NCBI GenBank assembly: GCA_048213135.1
Contig: PS015010.1
Location: forward strand, 1,178,001-1,242,000
Reading direction: 5' to 3'
From: Reclinomonas americana ATCC 50394
Lineage: Eukaryota
Length of the DNA: 64,000 nucleotides
The notes beneath the pieces were generated by a model. That model was not told the DNA's origin, ran no database searches, and worked only from the letters and a program-made list of their open reading frames with translations. Positions 19,009-29,399 of the stretch are shown one piece after another. Position numbers and translations under genes: made by a program. Numbering within the stretch: position 1 is the first letter of the stretch; every line of letters begins with the position of its first letter.

Positions 19009-20284
19009 TCGTAAATCCATCCGGCACTATCGCCCCCTTCTTCAACACCACAATGCCGTCTTTTACCGCGTACAATGAATGATCACTGTCGGGCAGGTGG
19101 GCGCCGCCTTCTATGCGTACATCGTTGCCTATGCGGCAGTTTTTGTCGATGATGGCATTTTTGATAAAGCAATTGTCGCCTATCCCGATCTTGGGGATAC
19201 CTCTCACGAGTGAATGTGCCATTTCTTCAATCGTCTCATAATAGTCATTACCCATAATATAGGTGCTGATGATCTCCGTACCTGAGCCGATACGGGTACG
19301 TATCCCGATCACGCTGTTGGTGATGCGGGAGCCGTGTACAATGGAACCGTCGGCAAGAATACTGCTGTCGATCTGCGTACCGCTGATCTTTACCGGCGGC
19401 AGCATACGGGAACGGCTGTAAATGGTCTTCTTATTGTCGAACAGGTTAAAGGGTGGTATTTCCATGGTGAGTGCCAGGTTGGCCTCGTAAAATGAATAGA
19501 TGTTACCGATGTCGGTCCAGTAACCGTCGTACTGGTAACTTAACACCCTGTGTTTGTTGATGGATGTGGGGATGATCTCTTTACCAAAGTCTGTGGCATC
19601 CACTTTTTCCACCTGCAGCAGATCAAAAAGCAACTGGCGGTTGAAGATGTAGATACCCATTGAGGCCAGGTAATTACGGCCATGCGACTGCATTTCTATT
19701 CCCGTGTCACTCACCCATTCCGGGAGTAATTCTTTAGCGGGTTTTTCAATGAAAGAAGTGATATAGTTGTCTGTATCGGCTTTAAGAATACCGAATTCAG
19801 GAGCTTCCCTGTCGCCAACGGGTATGGTAGCAATAGAAATAGCCGCCTGTTTATCAATATGGTGCTGCAGCATTTCGCCAAAGTCCATCTGGTACAACTG
19901 GTCACCGCTGAGGATGAGCACGTATTCAAAATCATTATTACCGATGTGTTTGAGCGACTGCCGCACCGCGTCGGCTGTTCCCTGGAACCAGCCCAGGCTG
20001 TCGGGGGTTTGTTCCGCCGCCAGTATGTCTACAAAGCCGCTGCTGAAAGCGCTGAACTGGTAAGTGTTCTTGATGTGCTTATTAAGGGAAGCGGAATTAT
20101 ATTGGGTGAGCACAAACATCCGGTTGATACTGGAGTTGATGCAATTGGAAATGGGAATATCTACCAGGCGGTATTTACCGGCAATGGGTACGGCAGGCTT
20201 ACTGCGGGTAGCTGTTAACGGATACAGGCGGCTGCCGGCTCCACCACCCAGGATTACGGCCACTACTGATTTACTGATTGTCAT
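19004..20284 (-). CDS. glgC: Glucose-1-phosphate adenylyltransferase
   Basis: ILGGGAGSRLYPLT..RSKPAVP, WFQGTADAVRQ, SGDQLY, FIEKP, DFGKEIIP. Confidence 0.97.
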   Translation of the reverse strand: MTISKSVVAVILGGGAGSRLYPLTATRSKPAVPIAGKYRLVDIPISNCINSSINRMFVLTQYNSASLNKHIKNTYQFSAFSSGFVDILAAEQTPDSLGWFQGTADAVRQSLKHIGNNDFEYVLILSGDQLYQMDFGEMLQHHIDKQAAISIATIPVGDREAPEFGILKADTDNYITSFIEKPAKELLPEWVSDTGIEMQSHGRNYLASMGIYIFNRQLLFDLLQVEKVDATDFGKEIIPTSINKHRVLSYQYDGYWTDIGNIYSFYEANLALTMEIPPFNLFDNKKTIYSRSRMLPPVKISGTQIDSSILADGSIVHGSRITNSVIGIRTRIGSGTEIISTYIMGNDYYETIEEMAHSLVRGIPKIGIGDNCFIKNAIIDKNCRIGNDVRIEGGAHLPDSDHSLYAVKDGIVVLKKGAIVPDGFTI

Positions 20285-20296
20285 ACGGGCAAAGCT

Positions 20297-21712
20297 TTAT
20301 CGTATAGAAGAATAGAGATTTACATATTTTTCGGCGCTGGATTCCCAGCTGTTATTGATATTCATCATCGTGGCTCTGATCTCTTCCATCTTTTCCGTGT
20401 CGTCGTACAATTCCACGGCACGATGGATAGAATAGGTAATATCCCACACCGACGCGTTATTGAACCGGATGCCATAACCGCCGGGTTCACCAAAATCGAT
20501 TACCGTATCTTTCAGTCCGCCGGTACTTCGTACAACCGGTACCGTTCCATACCGCATGGCATACATCTGGTTCAGTCCGCAGGGTTCCACACGGCTGGGC
20601 ATCAGCAGGAAATCGGCGCCGGCATACATCTGGTGCGCCAGTTTTTCGTTGTAACCTATTTGTGAATTGTAGTATCCTACAAAATTACCTTTGATGGCTT
20701 CCAGTTGTTTTTCAACCGTAGGATCGCCGCTGCCCAGCAACAGGAAATTCATTTTACTCCCTAAATGAGCCATAGCGTCACTGATGGCCTGGGGCAACAG
20801 GTCGGCGGCTTTCTCTCCTACCAGGCGGCCGATGTAGATAAAGAGTGGCTTCTGTATATCAAGGTTAAAATCCCTGCACAGTTTTTTCTTGTTCAGTTGT
20901 TTGCCTGCTTTCGCGTCGTCCACCGTAAAATTGTCCATGATATAGGTATCCGTTTCCGGGTCCCAGGTGGTATTGTCGATGCCGTTGAGGATGCCTACAC
21001 ATTTGGCCTTCTCCATCTCAAACAATTGTTCGAGCCCGTTGGCATTATGGGCCAGCTCTTCCATGTAGCTGGGGCTGACCGTGGTAACGGCGTGGCTGCA
21101 TTTAACGGCACAGGCCAGCGGGTTAATGGTATTGCTCCAGTCCAGCAGGCCCCACTGCCAGGTATCCCAGGCGGGTATATAGTTGCTTTTGTCCCAGCTC
21201 ATCCAGCCCTGGTACTGGCCATTGTGTATAGTGAGTACGGCAGGTACATCGCTGAGGTGGCGGTAAGCGACGCAGTGCTGCATCATAAAAGGGATCAGCC
21301 CGGCGTGGTGGTCGTGTACATGCACCACATCGGGGCGGTGTTCCCACTGCGATATCCAGTCCACTACAGCGATCTGGAAAGCGGTGAAACGCTCGGTATC
21401 GTCGTCGTAACTGTAAATGCGTTCCCTGTCGAGCAACCCGTATATGTCTACACAATACAGGTCGAAACCCAGTGTGCTTTCTTTTTCCCTGATGATGGTG
21501 TAGTCGAAATGATGCGGTCCCATGGCAAAGCTGCCTTTGTGTTCAACCGTCCATTCATGATCGTAAAGGAATTTGGTGCGGTGCATGGGGATCACCACTT
21601 TGGCGATATGCCCCAGCTGCTGCTGGTACTTTGGTAATGCGCCCACCACATCTGCCAGTCCACCTGCCTTTGCATAAGGATAGCACTCTGCGCTTACGTG
21701 AATTATTTCCAT
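20297..21712 (-). CDS. glgA: Glycogen synthase
   Basis: KAGGLADV, HVHDHH, LTIHN..YQG, GILNGID, MPSRVEPCGLNQ. Confidence 0.95.
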   Translation of the reverse strand: MEIIHVSAECYPYAKAGGLADVVGALPKYQQQLGHIAKVVIPMHRTKFLYDHEWTVEHKGSFAMGPHHFDYTIIREKESTLGFDLYCVDIYGLLDRERIYSYDDDTERFTAFQIAVVDWISQWEHRPDVVHVHDHHAGLIPFMMQHCVAYRHLSDVPAVLTIHNGQYQGWMSWDKSNYIPAWDTWQWGLLDWSNTINPLACAVKCSHAVTTVSPSYMEELAHNANGLEQLFEMEKAKCVGILNGIDNTTWDPETDTYIMDNFTVDDAKAGKQLNKKKLCRDFNLDIQKPLFIYIGRLVGEKAADLLPQAISDAMAHLGSKMNFLLLGSGDPTVEKQLEAIKGNFVGYYNSQIGYNEKLAHQMYAGADFLLMPSRVEPCGLNQMYAMRYGTVPVVRSTGGLKDTVIDFGEPGGYGIRFNNASVWDITYSIHRAVELYDDTEKMEEIRATMMNINNSWESSAEKYVNLYSSIR

Positions 21713-21825
21713 GAGAATTTGTTATGGGTAATTTAGGAAGGATTTCGTTACCAGCAAATTATGTGCGGTAATATTTTTTGTGTTGATCAAATTATTCTAT
21801 TTTCAGGCACTTAAAAAATAACGAT

Positions 21826-23544
21826 ATGCCAACTGTACAAACTGACCTGCTGCAAGAAGATATTAAACCTTCCGGAATCCCTACCAATTATGGTGCATTG
21901 AGTACGCTTGTAACCGTATTCTTTTTCTGGGGTTTTATCGCCGCCGGCAATAGTGTTTTTATTCCTTTCTGTAAGCATTATTTTAACCTGGACCAGTTTC
22001 AGAGCCAGTTGATCGACTTCGCTTTTTATACTGCTTACTTTATCGGGGCGCTGGTATTATTTGCTTATGGCGCTTTTGGCGGCAAGGATCTTGTGGGCAA
22101 ATGGGGGTATAAAAAAAGTATCGTGTACGGTTTGCTGTTCTCCGCTCTGGGCGCAGTGGCTATGATCATTGCTGTTAATGCCAACACCTTTGCCGGTATG
22201 CTGGCAGGTTTGTTCATAGTAGCGCTGGGTTTCTCTTTACAGCAAACAGCAGCGCAGCCTTTCGCCATCTCGCTGGGCGATCCTGCTACAGGCACCAGCC
22301 GGGTTACGCTGGGCGGCGGTATCAATTCCTTTGGTACCACCATCGGCCCTATCATTGTAGCCATTGCACTTTTTGGTACCACAGCGGCGATCACCGATGA
22401 AAAGATCGCGGCGCTCAGCCTGAGTAAAGTGATCATATTGTATTCCTGCGTGGGCCTGTTATTCATTGGCGCGGCAGCCCTCTTCTATTTTTCGAAAAAA
22501 GTACCCGCCGGTATCTCTGAAGAAAAAACAGAGAAAGCGGCCAAGGCCTTATATACTTTGCTGATCATGACCGGCCTGCTCATCATTATGTTTGTTCCGG
22601 TGTTCAATAGTTATAAAGTAGACGCATCCACTTTGTCCGAAACAGACAAACACGCTCTGGAAGCCACCCGTATGAAATGGCTGCTGGGTGCGCTGGCGGT
22701 TGTTATCATCGGTTTGCTGGTAGCTAATTTCAGTGCCAGGAAAAACAGCAACGGCTGGGGTGCCATGCAATACCCGCAGCTGATCCTGGGTATGATCGGC
22801 ATCTTTGTATATGTGGGTGTGGAAGTAACCATTGGCAGTAACCTGGGTGAATTGCTGCGTCACTCTGATTTCGGTGGTCTCCAGGCTTCTGAAGCCACAC
22901 CTTATATCGCTATGTACTGGGGCAGTTTGATGATCGGCCGCTGGGCTGGTGCCGTGGGCGCTTTCAAACTATCGGAATCCTCCAAAGTATTGCTGCAGAT
23001 CGTTGTTCCGCTGCTGGCATTCGGCGTCCTGATCGGTGTAAATACCATTGCCAAGTACGACATGAAGCCGCTTTACTACTATATCGTTTGTGTAGCCGTT
23101 CAGATCATTGCTTTCTATATCAGTAAAAATAAACCCGCCCGTACGCTGCTTATCTTCAGCCTGCTGGGTGTTGCCGCTATGATCATCGGTACACAGACCA
23201 AGGGCACGGTTGCCGTATACGCTTTCCTGAGCGGCGGTCTCTGCTGTTCTATCATGTGGCCATGTGTATTCAGCCTGTCCATTGCCGGTTTGGGTAAATA
23301 CACCACACAGGGCTCCGCTTTCCTTATCATGATGATCCTCGGCGGTGGTATCATACCTCCTATCCAGGGTAAAGTGGCAGACTACCTGCAATCCAATTCA
23401 ACAGTAGACGGCAGCGGTATTCATGGTTCTTACTGGATCGCTGTATTGTGTTTCGCTTACCTGGCCTTCTTTGCTTTTGCTGTTAAAGGCATTCTTAAAA
23501 GGCAGGGTATCGATTACGATAAAGAAGTAAGCGGCGGTCATTAA
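21826..23544 (+). CDS. MFS sugar transporter (FucP/glucose-galactose family)
   Basis: [47 protein letters not shown]; many TM helices. Confidence 0.9.
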   Translation: MPTVQTDLLQEDIKPSGIPTNYGALSTLVTVFFFWGFIAAGNSVFIPFCKHYFNLDQFQSQLIDFAFYTAYFIGALVLFAYGAFGGKDLVGKWGYKKSIVYGLLFSALGAVAMIIAVNANTFAGMLAGLFIVALGFSLQQTAAQPFAISLGDPATGTSRVTLGGGINSFGTTIGPIIVAIALFGTTAAITDEKIAALSLSKVIILYSCVGLLFIGAAALFYFSKKVPAGISEEKTEKAAKALYTLLIMTGLLIIMFVPVFNSYKVDASTLSETDKHALEATRMKWLLGALAVVIIGLLVANFSARKNSNGWGAMQYPQLILGMIGIFVYVGVEVTIGSNLGELLRHSDFGGLQASEATPYIAMYWGSLMIGRWAGAVGAFKLSESSKVLLQIVVPLLAFGVLIGVNTIAKYDMKPLYYYIVCVAVQIIAFYISKNKPARTLLIFSLLGVAAMIIGTQTKGTVAVYAFLSGGLCCSIMWPCVFSLSIAGLGKYTTQGSAFLIMMILGGGIIPPIQGKVADYLQSNSTVDGSGIHGSYWIAVLCFAYLAFFAFAVKGILKRQGIDYDKEVSGGH

Positions 23545-23571
23545 TCATTAAAAACAGAGTTCAGCATAATC

Positions 23572-24531
23572 ATGGCAAGTGAAAAGAAATACGCGATAGG
23601 CATCGACATCGGCGGTACCACTACCAAATTCGGCATTGTGAACCGCGAGGGAGAAATACTGGAACAGGACAGGCTGCCTACCAATGCGCATGAAGTGGTG
23701 GAAGAGTTTATCGACGACCTGTACGCCAAACTGGCGCCTATGATCTCCCGGGTTGGTGGGAAAGACGAATTTGCCGGTATCGGTATGGGAGCTCCCAACG
23801 GGAATTTCTATACCGGTACCATTGAATATGCGCCCAACCTGAAATGGAAAGGCATCATTCCTATCGCGGAGCTGATGCAGAAGAGGTTCGGGCTGGCCAC
23901 GCAACTCACCAACGACGCCAACGCGGCTGCTATGGGAGAAATGATCTATGGCTGTACCAAAAACATCAAACACTTCATCACCATTACCCTGGGTACGGGT
24001 GTGGGCAGCGGTATCGTCATCGATGGAAAGATCGTACTCGGGCATGATGGTTTCGCGGGCGAACTGGGACACACCATTATCCGTCCGGGTGGCCGCCTGC
24101 ACAAAAGCACAGGTATGCGGGGCAGCCTGGAAGCCTATGCTTCAGCCACAGGTGTACGCGACACCGCGATAGAACTGCTGACCAGCCATCCCGAAGAAGA
24201 AAGCCTGCTGCGGGATTACAGCCTCAACGAGCTGACCAGCGAAACCGTATACGAATGCGCCATGCGGGGCGACAATATCGCCAACCAGATATTTGAGTTT
24301 ACCGGGCAGATACTCGGCGAATCGCTGGCCAATTTCATCATGTTCTCTTCACCGGAAGTGATTGTGCTGTTTGGCGGACTCACCAAGGCGGGCAACCTCC
24401 TGCTCAATCCTACCCGGAAACACATGGAAGCCAACCTCCTCCCTATCTTCCAGAACAAAGTGAAACTGATCTTCAGCGAACTGAAGGAGGCTGACGCGGC
24501 GATACTGGGAGCGAGTGCGCTGGTTTGGTAA
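23572..24531 (+). CDS. ROK family sugar kinase (glucokinase-like)
   Basis: IGIDIGGT, NDANAAAMGE, TLGTGVGSG, AGELGH, GSLEAYAS. Confidence 0.92.
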   Translation: MASEKKYAIGIDIGGTTTKFGIVNREGEILEQDRLPTNAHEVVEEFIDDLYAKLAPMISRVGGKDEFAGIGMGAPNGNFYTGTIEYAPNLKWKGIIPIAELMQKRFGLATQLTNDANAAAMGEMIYGCTKNIKHFITITLGTGVGSGIVIDGKIVLGHDGFAGELGHTIIRPGGRLHKSTGMRGSLEAYASATGVRDTAIELLTSHPEEESLLRDYSLNELTSETVYECAMRGDNIANQIFEFTGQILGESLANFIMFSSPEVIVLFGGLTKAGNLLLNPTRKHMEANLLPIFQNKVKLIFSELKEADAAILGASALVW

Positions 24532-24576
24532 GATTGAAACCGGGAAAATAAAACTATCTTCTTGATCAGACATTAT

Positions 24577-25035
24577 ATGCTTTTACTGGCAGTAACGTTT
24601 ACTGCACAAGCAGCAATGGCCAGTGGTATCGATACCCTGCCTCCCAACCTTGCCAGGATCGACAGGGAAAACGAAACTTCCTTAAGAAACAGCGGTTCCG
24701 CCATTACAAAAGCGATCATATTTCTTGCAGACAGCTCTTTCTGGCTGGGTGCCAATATGCGGCAGGACCACAGGATATTCCTGTATGAAAAGCCCGGTCT
24801 CACCTCCCGCAAACTGATGCTGTTCTCCATATTCACCAATGATGTGGAAGGTAATCCGTTCCGGCTGCCTTTTGGGGCATATTATGAAACCTCTTCTCTC
24901 TCCGGCGCTGAATTGAAATTTTCAGGGCAGCGCCCCGGACAGTTTGTTGAGTTGCTTTATTTGAAAGATGGTGGCACCCCTGTTCAAAAAATGTATGTAC
25001 TGCGGAAATGGGTACGGTTCAGGAAACAGTATTAA
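24577..25035 (+). CDS. Hypothetical secreted protein
   Basis: Signal-peptide-like N-terminus; fills the gap between genes. Start may instead be TTG 24562. Confidence 0.65.
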   Translation: MLLLAVTFTAQAAMASGIDTLPPNLARIDRENETSLRNSGSAITKAIIFLADSSFWLGANMRQDHRIFLYEKPGLTSRKLMLFSIFTNDVEGNPFRLPFGAYYETSSLSGAELKFSGQRPGQFVELLYLKDGGTPVQKMYVLRKWVRFRKQY

Positions 25036-25055
25036 GTATTGTTTTAGATTACAGG

Positions 25056-25769
25056 TTATCGTACAATTGAAGTGGAATTCCGCTCTATCACGAAAGTCGA
25101 TTCCCTGGTACCGGTACCGGAAAATAAAGGTTGCCACCTGGGCATATTTGAAAAAATGAGAAAGAGCTCCCGCTCCTGTTCACCTGACAAATAATTGGAT
25201 TTATCCTTATCCTTTGGTATTCGAACATTTGTAACCATACCGGAACTACTGATGGTAAGAATGATCAATAGTTTTTTCGTAAACCAGAGATCGGCGCCCC
25301 TGAAACCGGCGCTCATGTAATCCGAAAGTTTTTGCTGGGCGAAATAATACTGGGGTTTTATAACCGTATCCCGGTATTGCCTAATGAGTTGAAGCGTTGT
25401 ACTGTCGGGCACAGGTTCTGCATCCAACTGGATTTTCGAAGCACCGGAAACATGTACGAAACTGCCATAGAAACGCTGTTCGCCCCGGTACAATATGAAG
25501 TTATCAACGGAGTCTGACATACTGATCCTTACAAATGCGGTATCGCTGTTGTGGTAATAGATAACCGGACTTACACACTTGTCATTGGCATAGGTACAAC
25601 TGGCAAAGGCCTTGCCTTCTTCATTGAAAAATATCCACTCGCCCTGCTTGCGATTTTTTTTATCGAGATGATTGATCTTTTTACCATAGACTTTTATGTC
25701 GGCCTGGCACCAGGCCGTAAGGGGAAAAATAAAACAGGCAACAATAAATAGAGGAATAAGAACACGCAT
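25056..25769 (-). CDS. Hypothetical secreted protein with MORN-variant repeat and TonB C-terminal-like region
   Basis: Signal peptide MRVLIPLF...AWCQ; INHLDKKNRKQGEWIFFNEEG; C-terminal LTISSSGMVTNVRI...NMPRWQP. Confidence 0.6.
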   Translation of the reverse strand: MRVLIPLFIVACFIFPLTAWCQADIKVYGKKINHLDKKNRKQGEWIFFNEEGKAFASCTYANDKCVSPVIYYHNSDTAFVRISMSDSVDNFILYRGEQRFYGSFVHVSGASKIQLDAEPVPDSTTLQLIRQYRDTVIKPQYYFAQQKLSDYMSAGFRGADLWFTKKLLIILTISSSGMVTNVRIPKDKDKSNYLSGEQERELFLIFSNMPRWQPLFSGTGTRESTFVIERNSTSIVR

Positions 25770-25855
25770 CACGGTATCATTTGAGATTACCGCGAAAATA
25801 ACAGCTTCGCTTACAGGCTGGCCCAATCAATGGAATACTTCATCATTTCTTAACA

Positions 25856-26821
25856 TCATTCCTTCCTGCTTACCTGGAACACCGCTGGCAGTGGCCTCTG
25901 TTTCCCTTCTCCGCTGGGTTTGATGGTTTCCCTGCCATTGATGAGCATACAACTGCTGCCGCCACCATCGAGGTTAAGAGCTTCGGTACAGCCCAGCTGC
26001 ATCAGCAGGTAAGCGGTTTGATTAAGTGTGGCGCCTTCGGCAATGCCGGGAAAACGGCCTTGTATCACCATAATAATAAGCCTGCCATCATTGGTATAGC
26101 CCATGGCGGTGCGGGGATGTTTATCGTTAATGGCTTTACCCGTAAATTTCAATTCTTCTTCGTTGGTGATGAGTATTCTACTTTGTTGTATAAGTACCGG
26201 ACCTCCTCCTACTGCGGTTTCCATTTTCCATTTTTTCAGTCGTCCGCTGCTTTTGAACAAAGATTTCGCTTGCCCGTAACCGATACCGTTTACGGAGTCT
26301 TTCACCGCCGCATGTACATACTGCGACGCATAAGCATATTTATGCGAGGAGTCGGTGTACAGCCAGGCCACATCAGCCTTTCTTTTTTTGCTGATGCCAA
26401 TGGCACTGCCAAAGGGATGGCGGTATTGAAATGTATCTTTACCCCGCATAGGCAGGGAATGGGTATTGTAAGAGAGTATTCTGCCTTTGTTCATCACCAC
26501 ATTCAGGTTCTGGTTGGTCTCAAACGAAAAAAAACTGGCATTCACCAGCAACAGGGGTTTATTATTGCGGTCGTAAAACTGCGAGGGTGTCAACCGGCGC
26601 TTTAATGTTGTGTCGGTGCTGAAAATGAGTCCCCGGTCTTCCAGCCGGGCTTCGGCATAATAAGCGATGAAGGGTTTGCCGTCGAGACTGTCATTGGTTC
26701 GGTATACATGGAAACCTGCGGGTAAAGGGCCAAAACTGCTGTCGGCATTCTCCCACTTTACCTGTCCGCGGGCAATGGTTGTACAAACAAAAACAGCCAA
26801 TACAATACTGGCTGTTTTCAT
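25856..26821 (-). CDS. Phosphodiester glycosidase (NAGPA-like) family protein
   Basis: VNASFF, AVGGGPVLI, HPRTAMG, ALNLDGGGSS; signal peptide from ATG 26821. Confidence 0.9.
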   Translation of the reverse strand: MKTASIVLAVFVCTTIARGQVKWENADSSFGPLPAGFHVYRTNDSLDGKPFIAYYAEARLEDRGLIFSTDTTLKRRLTPSQFYDRNNKPLLLVNASFFSFETNQNLNVVMNKGRILSYNTHSLPMRGKDTFQYRHPFGSAIGISKKRKADVAWLYTDSSHKYAYASQYVHAAVKDSVNGIGYGQAKSLFKSSGRLKKWKMETAVGGGPVLIQQSRILITNEEELKFTGKAINDKHPRTAMGYTNDGRLIIMVIQGRFPGIAEGATLNQTAYLLMQLGCTEALNLDGGGSSCMLINGRETIKPSGEGKQRPLPAVFQVSRKE

Positions 26822-26861
26822 TATTATTTTATTTGAATAAATCGATATTTCTCGTTGCATA

Positions 26862-27794
26862 TCAGGCGTTTCCCTGTAAAGCTTTTTCTTCTTCCCATTT
26901 CATGCGGCCGTACCCGGGTATCACATGTTTTTCGGAATGATAGGAAGAACGTACCAGCGGTCCGCTTTCCACGTAATCAAAACCGAGTTCATAACCAATG
27001 CGCCTGAATTCGGCAAACTCATCGGGGTGAACGAAACGGGCAACGGGCAAATGTTTTTTGGTGGGCTGCAGGTACTGCCCGATGGTCACTACGTCAACAT
27101 TACTGGCTTTCAGGTCTTTTAATGTCTGCACCACTTCGTCTTTTTCCTCTCCCAGTCCCAGCATAATGCCGCTCTTGGTACGCATACCATTCTCTTTCAG
27201 TATGCTGAGGGTTTCCATACTTTGCCAGTATTTGGCCTGTATCCTTACCTGGCGGGTCAACCTTTCCGTAGTTTCAATATTGTGGCTTACCACTTCAGGA
27301 GCAGCATCAATGATCCGCTGAATGTTCTCTTTCTGTGCTTTAAAGTCGGGGATCAGTGTTTCGAGCGTGGTATCGGGATTCAGCGCTTTTACCGCTTTAA
27401 TGGTGTTGTACCAGATGATGCTGCCGCCGTCTTTCAGTTCATCCCGGTCAACGGAAGTGATCACAGCGTGTTTCACTTTCATCAGGTGAATGGCTTCGGC
27501 TACACGCTGGGGTTCATCCCAATCTACCTCCAGCGGGCGCCCGGTGGCTACATTGCAGAATCCGCAGCTGCGGGTGCAGATGTTGCCAAGTATCATGAAG
27601 GTGGCTGTTCCTTCACCCCAGCATTCTCCCATATTGGGACAGTTGCCGCTTTCGCAGATGGTGTGGAGTTTATGGGTGTCTACCAGGTTGCGAACGTGAC
27701 GGTATTCTTCTCCAATCGGCAGTTTAACCCTGAGCCAGTTGGGCTTTTTGGGCTTCTGCTCTACTACGCCGTCTATTACCGGTAATTCTATCAT
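26862..27794 (-). CDS. lipA: Lipoyl synthase
   Basis: [12 protein letters not shown] motif; radical-[23 protein letters not shown]. Confidence 0.98.
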   Translation of the reverse strand: MIELPVIDGVVEQKPKKPNWLRVKLPIGEEYRHVRNLVDTHKLHTICESGNCPNMGECWGEGTATFMILGNICTRSCGFCNVATGRPLEVDWDEPQRVAEAIHLMKVKHAVITSVDRDELKDGGSIIWYNTIKAVKALNPDTTLETLIPDFKAQKENIQRIIDAAPEVVSHNIETTERLTRQVRIQAKYWQSMETLSILKENGMRTKSGIMLGLGEEKDEVVQTLKDLKASNVDVVTIGQYLQPTKKHLPVARFVHPDEFAEFRRIGYELGFDYVESGPLVRSSYHSEKHVIPGYGRMKWEEEKALQGNA

Positions 27795-27835
27795 GGACTA
27801 ATGGTTCTTCGTTTATAAATCGGTGGTACCGGGTG

Positions 27836-27843
27836 CAAAGTTA
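27836..27843 (-). promoter_or_regulatory. Bacteroidota -7 promoter element (lipA)
   Basis: TAACTTTG on the minus strand, overlapping the upstream gene's TAA. Confidence 0.5.
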
Positions 27844-28635
27844 CTTGTTCTTTCGTTTACCGAACATAATGCTTACATAGGCGGAGAAAAAGAACTGTTT
27901 CTGCTTGTTATACACCATCTGGGGTATCTTTTTGCTGTAGAATTCACCGAGGAGGCCGGCTTCAACGGCGCTCACCAGTTCGTTGTATTTGCCATAATCG
28001 AACCGAACGGCCGGCTTCAGGTACAGGCCCGGCGTCACTTTCAGGTGGCTCCAGCCCCGGCCCAGGTCGGGACCGCTGGAATAGGGACCACTCACAAAAA
28101 GAAGGCTGTCGGGTGATTCATACCTGATCCAGGTATCTTCCCCGCCTTTATTCACCAGCACTTCGTAGGGACGTAATAAACCGATGGCAATACCGCCTCC
28201 CACATTACCCGTGATGCTTACGCCGTTTTTATTGCTTTTATTGCCGATGAGGAACTGCTGCTGAACACCCAGCCTGATGGGGTAGAAATAATTGATCTTA
28301 CCATAGATCACCGGGGAGGAAGACGACAGCAGGTTACTTTGCTTGGTCTCTTTCTGGTGTTTTCTTTCCGTGATCTCGATCTGGAAAATAGTGGCTTTCT
28401 TAACGGATTTGGAATACCCTTTTTCAAATGATATACCATAACCGTCGGTGGTGAGCTTTATTCCAAAGGCATAATGCTTGCGGTAAGCGATCACGCCTTC
28501 TTCTTCCTGTTTGATCAGGGCATTGATGCGGTCGCGTCGTTCCTGCTTCTTGTTTCGCTTTTGCTTTGGGTCCTGCTGGGCCATCGCGGGTGAAACCACA
28601 GCTGCCAGGAATAATGCCAGGAATAGTTGCTTCAT
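27841..28635 (-). CDS. Hypothetical outer-membrane beta-barrel-like protein
   Basis: Signal peptide; alternating aromatic/hydrophobic beta-strands; C-terminal FFSAYVSIMFGK. Confidence 0.7.
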   Translation of the reverse strand: MKQLFLALFLAAVVSPAMAQQDPKQKRNKKQERRDRINALIKQEEEGVIAYRKHYAFGIKLTTDGYGISFEKGYSKSVKKATIFQIEITERKHQKETKQSNLLSSSSPVIYGKINYFYPIRLGVQQQFLIGNKSNKNGVSITGNVGGGIAIGLLRPYEVLVNKGGEDTWIRYESPDSLLFVSGPYSSGPDLGRGWSHLKVTPGLYLKPAVRFDYGKYNELVSAVEAGLLGEFYSKKIPQMVYNKQKQFFFSAYVSIMFGKRKNK

Positions 28636-28663
28636 GTAATCTTTTTACTAACGTAAATTTATG

Positions 28664-28671
28664 CAAAAATA
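28664..28671 (-). promoter_or_regulatory. Bacteroidota -7 promoter element
   Basis: TATTTTTG on the minus strand, 28 nt before ATG 28635. Confidence 0.5.
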
Positions 28672-28991
28672 CTATGCGCACTCCTATTGCGGATAGTTTT
28701 GGGAATTTCTTATATATCAATGCTTTTTGACAGGTTTTGCTATAAGCATTTCATGTTTGATCGGTATTTTTTTCTACTTTTTATCTTCCTATTGTTATCC
28801 TGCCGGTTTTCCAGCAAAGCTGCAAAGGAGTGGAATACCTGCTCCACTTTAACCCTGGCCTTAGTGACTTTGCGGGAATCTTTTTTTGAACTGCCTGGTT
28901 ATCGCCTATTGTTTTACCTGTTGCACCGGTATTAGTTTTAACTTTACACCAGATGCCCATTCTATTTTTTTTACACAATTGATAAGATCCC

Positions 28992-29399
28992 ATGACAGCT
29001 TCCATCGTTTACAGCGGCGACCTGAGGTGTGAATGTACCCACCTGCAAAGCGGTACAGTAATAGAAACAGATGCGCCAACAGACAACCGGGGTAAGGGAC
29101 AGCGTTTCAGCCCCACCGACACGGTATGTGTAGCCCTCGCCACCTGTGTCATTACCACCATGGCCATCAAAGCTACCGATATGGGTATTGAACTGGCCGG
29201 CACCGGCATTGCCGTAACCAAACATATGCTCAGCGATCCCCGGCGTATCGGCCGTATTGACGTGGTATTAACTTTCCCGGAAGGATTGCACCCGGAAGAA
29301 AAAGACCGGCTGATCCTGGAACGTACCGGCGATAACTGCCCGGTAGCGAAAAGCCTGCACCCCGATCTGCAACTGCATATCGAGTACCGCTGGGCTTAA
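28992..29399 (+). CDS. OsmC family protein
   Basis: TDAPTDNRGKG..FSPTD...LATC and CPVAKSL cysteine pair. Confidence 0.9.
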   Translation: MTASIVYSGDLRCECTHLQSGTVIETDAPTDNRGKGQRFSPTDTVCVALATCVITTMAIKATDMGIELAGTGIAVTKHMLSDPRRIGRIDVVLTFPEGLHPEEKDRLILERTGDNCPVAKSLHPDLQLHIEYRWA

